A stretch of DNA of 33,654 nucleotides from a virus (Duplodnaviria > Caudoviricetes). Below the pieces are notes generated by a model. That model did no database searches, had not been told where the DNA came from, and worked only from the letters and a program-made list of their open reading frames with translations. Of the stretch, positions 1 to 5,958 are shown one piece after another (within the stretch, counting starts at the first letter, position 1; each line of letters opens with the position of its first letter). The position numbers were made by a program, and so were the translations under genes. The stretch is from IMG/VR virus record IMGVR_UViG_3300037420_000377, positions 1-33,654 of that record. One strand, written 5' to 3'.

Positions 1-1315
1 GGGCGAGATCCTTCATGATCGTCTCGAGGCTTTCCCGCTCGTTCGAGGGGTCGGCCAGCGCGGTCAGGTGGTCGAGATAGAAGTGCTTGACGCCTTTCGC
101 CGCGGCGAGGAACCGGATGCGGGCCTTGATCTGCTCCCACGTGGCTGCAGCGAAGTTGCCGCCGAACACGAGGGTGCCCTTGTCCTTCAGCTTCCGCGCA
201 GCATCTGCCAGCTCCTGGTCGGTCCATTGGGCTGACTCAGGGAGCTTGTCGGAGGGGACGTGGAAGTGCTTGCCCGCGACCTTGCCAGCGATGCGCTTAC
301 CAGTCTCCCCGAGAGGCTGCTCGAGGTAGATCACCGCCGTCATGACCCCCAACTCAAGGGCGTCGAAGGCGATCTGCTGCGTGAAGAAGTCGGTCTTGCC
401 GATCCCGGTGCCCGCGCCAAAGACGTAGACGTCCCCAGGGCGGCGCCCGATGGTCCAGTTCGTGAGAGTCTCGAGGAACCACGGAAGGCCTACCTCGACG
501 GGCTTCATGACCTCGTCGTAGATCTCGTCGAACGTGTAGATGCCGTCTGGCTCGTAGGGCTCGGCGTTCCAGAAGGCCTTGGTGATGGCTCCAGGATCTC
601 CGGCGACCAGCGCCTCGTTGGCGTCCTTGTACTCGCCGAGGTTCGCGATGAAGACCCGCCCAGGAGGCAGGATCATGGCGACCTCTTCCGCGGCCTTCTG
701 TCCCGGCTCGTCGCCGTCGAACATGAGGACTATCTTCTCGAACTGCGAGACGAACTCGTAGTTCTCCTGGATCGCCTTCAAGGCATTCGCGGCGCCGTTC
801 GGGAGGGAGACGACGGGATACTTGTTGGCGTTCGCCTGGGAGACGCTCAGGGCGTCCAGCTCGCCTTCGGTGATCACCAGCGAGCGCTTGTCCCCACCCT
901 TCCACAGCCATTGGCCGTAGAGAGGAAGGTGGCGCGACTGGCCTAGGATCACGAAGTCCTTGCCGTGAAAGCGGAGCTTCTGGGCGATGGGCTCCCGGGT
1001 CTTGGGGTCGCGAATGACCGCGATGTGACACGGCTTGTCGTTGTACTCCCCGGTGCCGTAGCCCCAGAACCGACAGGTCTCCTCGCTCAACCCTCGGGGG
1101 CGCAGTGCCTTGATTTCCGAGTGGATGGGGCGGAAGTCGCCTTTAGGTTCTGGGGTCTCGTACTCGCCCCCTTCGGTGGGGGGCGTATGGTGGCCGCAGG
1201 AGTAGCAGTGGGTGTGGCCGTCACTATAGAGAGTGCCCGCGTCAGAGGACCCGCATTCGTCGCAGGGGCCTTGCTGGATTACGACACTCTCGCTCTCCTC
1301 ATGGGCCAGCGACAT
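1..1315 (-). CDS. T7 gp4-like DNA primase-helicase (3' end runs off the window)
   Basis: Not in the ORF track; translated by hand from the ATG at 1315 (TAATG overlap with the upstream stop): MSLAHEESESVVIQQGPCDECGSSDAGTLYSDGHTHCYSCG (Cys4 zinc-binding domain), TOPRIM VITEGELDALS, Walker A GAGTGIGKT, Walker B-like FYLDHL. Confidence 0.95.
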   Translation of the reverse strand, partial: MSLAHEESESVVIQQGPCDECGSSDAGTLYSDGHTHCYSCGHHTPPTEGGEYETPEPKGDFRPIHSEIKALRPRGLSEETCRFWGYGTGEYNDKPCHIAVIRDPKTREPIAQKLRFHGKDFVILGQSRHLPLYGQWLWKGGDKRSLVITEGELDALSVSQANANKYPVVSLPNGAANALKAIQENYEFVSQFEKIVLMFDGDEPGQKAAEEVAMILPPGRVFIANLGEYKDANEALVAGDPGAITKAFWNAEPYEPDGIYTFDEIYDEVMKPVEVGLPWFLETLTNWTIGRRPGDVYVFGAGTGIGKTDFFTQQIAFDALELGVMTAVIYLEQPLGETGKRIAGKVAGKHFHVPSDKLPESAQWTDQELADAARKLKDKGTLVFGGNFAAATWEQIKARIRFLAAAKGVKHFYLDHLTALADPSNERESLETIMKDLA

Positions 1316-1614
1316 TACTTGCCGGTGAGGTTGCGGATGTTCCGAGCGACCGTCATGGCGCGGCCAACCGATTCACGGCGGGCGTCGATGCGGTCGTAGA
1401 TGGCGTCCATCTTGTCGAGGTCGCGGTTGTTGGCCGCTTGCTCACGCTCGATGAAAGCGTCCAGGTCGTCGACCATGCGGTCGAAGGTGGCCAGGATGTT
1501 GCCGACGTCACGGACGAGAGCGCGGCGGACGCGAGTGACGAACAGCTCGACGCCATAGAACGCCCGCTCGATGGGGTAGACGACGGCGTTGTTGATCGAA
1601 GAAAGTACCGACAT
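1315..1614 (-). CDS. Hypothetical coiled-coil protein
   Basis: 99 aa, AGGAG RBS, phage-typical codon use, stop overlaps the primase start. Confidence 0.8.
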   Translation of the reverse strand: MSVLSSINNAVVYPIERAFYGVELFVTRVRRALVRDVGNILATFDRMVDDLDAFIEREQAANNRDLDKMDAIYDRIDARRESVGRAMTVARNIRNLTGK

Positions 1615-1629
1615 GGTATCTCCTAGGTG

Positions 1630-1743
1630 TCAGGTGGTTGTCGGAGGAGTGCGGTGGTCGTCGCGGAATGCCATCCAGACGACCCACAGGACCCAGAGGC
1701 TCAGGCAGAGCCAGATGGGATCAGGAAGATCGGGCCAAAGCAT
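1630..1743 (-). CDS. Small hydrophobic peptide (37 aa)
   Basis: MLWPDLPDPIWLCLSLWVLWVVWMAFRDD..., one TM-like segment, fills the gap between neighbours. Confidence 0.5.
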   Translation of the reverse strand: MLWPDLPDPIWLCLSLWVLWVVWMAFRDDHRTPPTTT

Positions 1744-1948
1744 ACTCTTTGTACCGTTGCTTCGTGATCGGGTGGCGCTTCCACTTGTCCGTGATCGGGT
1801 AGCCCGCCTCACGAAGCTCCTGGATGCGCTTGGTCAGGCTCTGGACCGAGTGGTCCATGACAGCCTCGCGGAAGGTGATCGTACCGGCCCGCTTAAGGTG
1901 CCCGAGGACCGTCTGGGTCTGGGGCTTGAGCCTCGGTTGAGGGTTCAT
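1721..1948 (-). CDS. Small winged-helix/HTH DNA-binding protein
   Basis: GGAG RBS then MNPQPRLKPQTQTVLGHLKRAGTITFREA...SLTKRIQELREAGYPI...YKEY, a common phage wHTH pattern. Confidence 0.75.
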   Translation of the reverse strand: MNPQPRLKPQTQTVLGHLKRAGTITFREAVMDHSVQSLTKRIQELREAGYPITDKWKRHPITKQRYKEYALARSS

Positions 1949-2039
1949 CGTAAACTCCACGGTGGAGGAACTGGGTGGTGCGGAAGAGAGCGAGCGCCTC
2001 GGCGTCAGTCATTTCGTAGTCGGTGTCGTCGTAAGGCAC
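1893..2039 (-). CDS. Small acidic hypothetical protein (48 aa)
   Basis: GGAGGAG RBS before GTG at 2039: MPYDDTDYEMTDAEALALFR...; overlaps the next gene. Confidence 0.45.
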   Translation of the reverse strand: MPYDDTDYEMTDAEALALFRTTQFLHRGVYDEPSTEAQAPDPDGPRAP

Positions 2040-2089
2040 TCGGCTCTCCTCCGGTTTCGCGTGGTGGAGGCCACCAGGCGGCTGCTTGA

Positions 2090-2638
2090 TTAAATGGACA
2101 TGCTGATCCGGTTCGAGATCCACCCGAAGACGAAGTCCTCGTTGGCGGCTCGATGTTCGGCCAGCTCGATGTAGCGGGCGCCCTGGAGGCAATTCAGAGC
2201 CTTCAGGAGCGTGTGTTCGCCTTCGTCCCCGCGACGGCTCAGGAAGTCGTGCAGGGCCTCGATGGTGGCGCCTCCGCAGTCTCCGTCGACCGTGATCTCC
2301 CGGTAGTCCCGGGCACCGCGGTTGAAGACGTTGAGGCAGCGCTGGAGGAACGTCGTGGCCGTCTTGGGCCCCATGTTCACTCCGGTGTCGAACAGCTCGG
2401 CAGCGAGCGGCATGGAGAGGCGAGAGACGGCGTCGTAGCCTGGGTCGGTCCAGTAGACCTTCCGGTAGATCGCCAGTGCCTCGGCGCGTGTCATGGATCG
2501 CATGGGCCCAGTGAAGCCGTTCGCTCGAGCGGTGCCGACAGTGATCCCAAAGTTGGTCTCACCGCCCGCGTCTCGGGGGTTGTTGGTGTAGCCGCCTTCC
2601 TTGGACAGGAGGTCGGCCAGCATTTGCTCGATGGTCAT
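2090..2638 (-). CDS. Endolysin, glycosyl hydrolase family 108 with C-terminal peptidoglycan-binding domain
   Basis: EGGYTNNPRDAGGETNFGIT signature, FDTGVNMG, C-terminal NEDFVFGWISNR; occupies the T7 gp3.5 position. Confidence 0.92.
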   Translation of the reverse strand: MTIEQMLADLLSKEGGYTNNPRDAGGETNFGITVGTARANGFTGPMRSMTRAEALAIYRKVYWTDPGYDAVSRLSMPLAAELFDTGVNMGPKTATTFLQRCLNVFNRGARDYREITVDGDCGGATIEALHDFLSRRGDEGEHTLLKALNCLQGARYIELAEHRAANEDFVFGWISNRISMSI

Positions 2639-2904
2639 GGGAGAATGTGCCCCATGCGCCGAAGCTCCTTGCGGATCTCTTCGGTGACGAACCGGCCAGC
2701 GTCCCGAGCAGCTTGCTCGAGGGCGAAGGCGCGTCCTTGGAGAGGCTCAGGGCCGTATCCGCTGAACGCAGTCGGCATGAGGGCGACGTTCATCTCTTGG
2801 GGGAGACGAAACGACATGACCTCCATCACCATCTCGTCCTGTTTGGGCGACTCCTTCTCCCGGAGGGTTTGGGTCCCTCGGAAGTTGATCGTTACTTTGT
2901 TCAC
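2635..2904 (-). CDS. Hypothetical protein
   Basis: AAGGAG RBS, GTG start overlapping the endonuclease stop (GTGA), ATGA overlap with the endolysin. Confidence 0.75.
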   Translation of the reverse strand: MNKVTINFRGTQTLREKESPKQDEMVMEVMSFRLPQEMNVALMPTAFSGYGPEPLQGRAFALEQAARDAGRFVTEEIRKELRRMGHILP

Positions 2905-3350
2905 TTGGGAGGCTCCTTGAGCCACTCTGGGGGGATCAGCTTCTCAGCGTACTGAAAGCCGTGCTTCTCGGCCCACATGGCGTGGGTCGTGGGTGATCCC
3001 TTGTAGATCGGTGCGTTGGCGCGGCTGAAAACAAACCGGATGTCGAGATCCGGATGCTGCGCCTTGATCAGGAGATGCTTCTGGCGATCCGACGCATCGA
3101 AAACGCCTTTGCCCTCCACGATGATACCGTTGTCCAGGAGGACGAAGTCGGGCGTGTAGGTCGCCTCTCGCTCCGGAACGGTGTATCGGATCTTGGTCTT
3201 CTCGTAGTCGAACTTCACGCCACGGGAGGTCAGATCGTCAGCGATGCGCTTCTCGAGACCTGACCGGAAACCGTGGGGGAGACGAGGAGCTTTTCCAGCC
3301 GCTCGGTTCGACCGGTTCCTAAATGTCCAGGGCGGACGAGTCGTCGCCAT
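2901..3350 (-). CDS. T7 gp3-like endonuclease I (Holliday junction resolvase)
   Basis: FRSGLE, YTPDFVLLDNGIIVEGKG, KHLLIKAQHPDLDIRFVF, WAEKHGF. Start trimmed to ATG 3350 (149 aa); the start is uncertain. Confidence 0.95.
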   Translation of the reverse strand: MATTRPPWTFRNRSNRAAGKAPRLPHGFRSGLEKRIADDLTSRGVKFDYEKTKIRYTVPEREATYTPDFVLLDNGIIVEGKGVFDASDRQKHLLIKAQHPDLDIRFVFSRANAPIYKGSPTTHAMWAEKHGFQYAEKLIPPEWLKEPPK

Positions 3351-3873
3351 CGTCTTCGGCGCTATCGTCGCTGGTGTTGCCCGCGGCTTCGTCTTCCGCG
3401 TCCTCGGGGTCGTACTCGTAGCCGTCCTCGATCTCGTCGAAGGCGCTCGAGCCGTAGCCATTGAGGTCCTTGATCTGGACCTGGTGGAGCTGGGCGTGGA
3501 TGCCCTTGTCGAAGTCGAGCAGCTCACCCGTCAGGCGGATGGTCGACCCGCGGCCAATCTTGACCTTGCGGGCCTTGCGGTTCTTCGCGTCGAAGATCGC
3601 CGGAGCGTACTTCGTCTTCGCGGTGAACACGACCTCGCCGGTCTCTTCGTCGACCGTGTAGGGACGGTGGAGGGTCGCCTTCTTCGAGCCTTTCAGCTCC
3701 TGGAGGGCTTCCTCGATCTTGTTGACGAACGCCTGGGTGTCAGGATCGTCGCCGCGGAGGACGAGCTTCGTCTTGTACTTGTTGTCCGCATACTTGCCCT
3801 TGGTGTCAGGGGCGTTCAGGTGCGGATAGGACGCCTCGCCGAAGGGCGTGACGAACTTCACCTTGCTTGCCAT
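3319..3873 (-). CDS. ssb: T7 gp2.5-like single-stranded DNA-binding protein
   Basis: VTPFGEASYPHLNAPD N-terminus, KIGRGS, very acidic C-terminal tail, position just before endonuclease I; start trimmed to ATG 3873. Confidence 0.9.
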   Translation of the reverse strand: MASKVKFVTPFGEASYPHLNAPDTKGKYADNKYKTKLVLRGDDPDTQAFVNKIEEALQELKGSKKATLHRPYTVDEETGEVVFTAKTKYAPAIFDAKNRKARKVKIGRGSTIRLTGELLDFDKGIHAQLHQVQIKDLNGYGSSAFDEIEDGYEYDPEDAEDEAAGNTSDDSAEDDGDDSSALDI

Positions 3874-3902
3874 TGTTCTCTTGGGAGCTAGGGTTATGGA
3901 AG

Positions 3903-3944
3903 GCAAGGACCACCGGCCCTGAGGAGGCAACCAGTGGTCCTTGC
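3903..3944 (-). promoter_or_regulatory. Long leader hairpin, RNase III-type processing site candidate
   Basis: Minus-strand RNA GCAAGGACCACUGG...CCGGUGGUCCUUGC, a 14-bp stem with one G-U and no U-tract, in the ssb leader. Confidence 0.5.
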
Positions 3945-3973
3945 GCCTGGTCACCGAAGCGGCCAGGGGGGAT

Positions 3974-4008
3974 AAACGAAAACCCACCAGCGGGAGTGGC
4001 CGGTGGGT
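3974..4008 (-). terminator. Intrinsic terminator-like hairpin
   Basis: ACCCACCGGC-7nt-GCUGGUGGGU followed by UUUCGUUU. Confidence 0.7.
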
Positions 4009-4018
4009 CTCGTGTGAT

Positions 4019-4032
4019 ACTCTACGTTTTAG
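4019..4032 (-). promoter_or_regulatory. Putative phage RNAP promoter, copy 1 (replication genes)
   Basis: CTAAAACGTAGAGT, identical at 8548-8561 and 31568-31581; each copy lies just upstream of a gene module. Confidence 0.75.
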
Positions 4033-5120
4033 GCTATCAGCTCGCCGTTCCAGGTCGATCCGGGGACCAGTGAGCCGCCGTTCGCCTTGGCCAGGAGGCT
4101 CGGGCCCTCGAAGTGTCCGTTGCCGTGGATTATGACCGGGCCGTTCTCCACACGGATCAAGGGCTCATTGCCGACCGCGTACACCTGGTTTAGGACAATG
4201 ATGGGCGGACGGTCGATGTTGCCCTGAAGACGGAAGTGCGAGGCGCCTCCGATGCCCCCGGCACAGCGAGGGTTGAGGCTGACCACACGCTCGATGGTCG
4301 TGTCGTCCCAGAGCTTGGCCGCGGCACGGGCTTGCTCGACGCGCAGGAGGCCGATCCAGTTGGAGCGGGACTTGAGGTCCACGCCGCCATCCGGGACGTT
4401 CTTGACGAACAGGTGATCGATCTCGGTCCTGTCGACGCTCTCTTCGACTGTGACGCCGTCTCCGTTCCAGTAGCGGTCCTGGGGCCAGTCGTCCAAGATG
4501 TTCTCGACGTGCATGCGGGTGACTCGGAGGAGCTTGATGCGCTTCCGTTCCATGTCGGCGGCGAGCGCAGATCCGGTCAGGCTGTTGTCGAACTTCTCGC
4601 CGATCTGGAGGCCGGTCGCGATGTCCCCGGTGTCGGTGTTGGGAAGGTCCTGGTACCCAAGCCAGACGTCCTCGACGATGATCTCTTCGGACGGGCCGAA
4701 GAGGCGGAAGGCTGGACGGCCCTTAAGCTGGTTCTCGCCGTCGATGCGGCTGATGTACGCCTTGCCCACTCCACAACCGGCGCCACAGTAGAAGAAGCTG
4801 CCGACCGCACTGCCCATACAGTCGGACATATCGAGCTGCTGCACGAACAGGGTCCGATCCGTGTGCTTTACGGCGATGTAGTCGTCCGTGAAGTTCTTGT
4901 CCTGCACAGACACGGTGGACGTCGTGGCCTTGAAGGCGGGAGCAGTTTCCTGAGTCCCGATGGGAAAGATCGGGGCGTCTGGCATCGTGGTGTCGTCGAG
5001 AACCGGGTCGCTCGGGGGAGGAGGCGGTGGTGGGGCAGTCGATGGGCTCTCCGCGGTCAGGGTGCGGAGATGCTCTACAAGGCCCTCGATCTGGTCGAGG
5101 GTGTCGGTGATCTCACTCAT
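4029..5120 (-). CDS. Right-handed beta-helix (pectin-lyase-like) protein with polyproline linker
   Basis: N-terminal helix, APPPPPPP linker, then beta-helix-like motifs NGDGVTVE...NVPDGGVDLKS; AAGGA RBS. Confidence 0.6.
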   Translation of the reverse strand: MSEITDTLDQIEGLVEHLRTLTAESPSTAPPPPPPPSDPVLDDTTMPDAPIFPIGTQETAPAFKATTSTVSVQDKNFTDDYIAVKHTDRTLFVQQLDMSDCMGSAVGSFFYCGAGCGVGKAYISRIDGENQLKGRPAFRLFGPSEEIIVEDVWLGYQDLPNTDTGDIATGLQIGEKFDNSLTGSALAADMERKRIKLLRVTRMHVENILDDWPQDRYWNGDGVTVEESVDRTEIDHLFVKNVPDGGVDLKSRSNWIGLLRVEQARAAAKLWDDTTIERVVSLNPRCAGGIGGASHFRLQGNIDRPPIIVLNQVYAVGNEPLIRVENGPVIIHGNGHFEGPSLLAKANGGSLVPGSTWNGELIA

Positions 5121-5131
5121 GAGATGCGTCC

Positions 5132-5410
5132 TTAGGTTTGGGGAGTTGAGCCCGTGCAGCCGCCGATCACATCCAGCAGCCCACCGGCATATTCACGCAA
5201 AGCAACGTCGGACCCGGCAGCGATCTTGACGTCCTTCTGGGCCTGGCCGGTGAGCTTGTCGCCGACCTTCGGAGGCATCGCGGCCACGAGCTTCTTGAAC
5301 TGCTCAGGGGTGACGCAGTGAACCGTCTGGATCCGCGTCTCGATCTTGGGTCCAGAGCTGCAGCCGGTCACAAGGGCCAGGGCGGCAGCGAGTGACAGTA
5401 GTCGTCTCAT
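5132..5410 (-). CDS. Lipoprotein, probable o-spanin (Rz1-like)
   Basis: Signal peptide MRRLLSLAAALALVTG-C with lipobox, extra cysteines, near an Rz-like gene. Confidence 0.7.
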   Translation of the reverse strand: MRRLLSLAAALALVTGCSSGPKIETRIQTVHCVTPEQFKKLVAAMPPKVGDKLTGQAQKDVKIAAGSDVALREYAGGLLDVIGGCTGSTPQT

Positions 5411-5595
5411 ATCGAGTTCTCCCGTGTGTGGAAGTCGCGAAGCCCCCGGGCGATGGTGAAAAACTGCGAGGCCTCTGCCAGCACCAGGTTCTTATCGCGC
5501 AGAGAGTTGACCTTCTTCTCATTGAGCGCTCGTACCCGGTTGACGGCAGCAAGCTCACACTTGTCTGCGATGGGGAGGAGGTCGTCGTGCTTCAT
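5407..5595 (-). CDS. Hypothetical protein (62 aa)
   Basis: ATGA overlaps with both neighbours. Confidence 0.7.
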   Translation of the reverse strand: MKHDDLLPIADKCELAAVNRVRALNEKKVNSLRDKNLVLAEASQFFTIARGLRDFHTRENSI

Positions 5596-5930
5596 ATCGT
5601 GTTCCTCAGCAGCTCGAGGTCGGGGGTCGTGCAGTCCGGTCCCTCCGGGGCGTCGTGGATGTGCTGGACGATGGTCTTGATGCGCTCGGGGCCTTGGACG
5701 ACCTTGGTGACGGTCTTTTCGGAGATGCCGTGCTGGACGTCTTGGCGGGTGGTCATGTCGCTGATCTGCTGGTTCAGCTCGACGATCCGCTGCATGTGCT
5801 TCTGGTCGTCAGCCTTCCAGTAGTCACGGCTGTGGTCGAGGGCCCAAAAGCCGCCGATCACGGACGCCAGGATGGCGAGAGGCACGGCGATCTTCACCCA
5901 GGGAGGGATGATCAGGTCTGTGATGTTCAT
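5592..5930 (-). CDS. Probable i-spanin (Rz-like)
   Basis: Single N-terminal TM segment, helical periplasmic region, C-terminal Cys (PDC); AGGAG RBS. Confidence 0.65.
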   Translation of the reverse strand: MNITDLIIPPWVKIAVPLAILASVIGGFWALDHSRDYWKADDQKHMQRIVELNQQISDMTTRQDVQHGISEKTVTKVVQGPERIKTIVQHIHDAPEGPDCTTPDLELLRNTI

Positions 5931-5958
5931 TTGGCGAAACTCCTAGATTGGCGATATT

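Noticed and set aside
260-946. Long plus-strand ORFs (also 2153-2920, 4236-5135, 6154-6957, 11202-12251, 15294-16199, 28038-29249)
   Set aside because: Antisense shadows of GC3-rich minus-strand genes, with no recognisable motifs.
354-1031. 225-aa minus-strand Arg-rich ORF
   Set aside because: Alternative frame of the primase-helicase gene; the real frame was missed by the track because it has no stop inside the window.
1222-1229. CACTATAG, the T7/SP6 promoter core
   Set aside because: Single copy seen, antisense, and explained by the LYSDG codons of the primase zinc domain.
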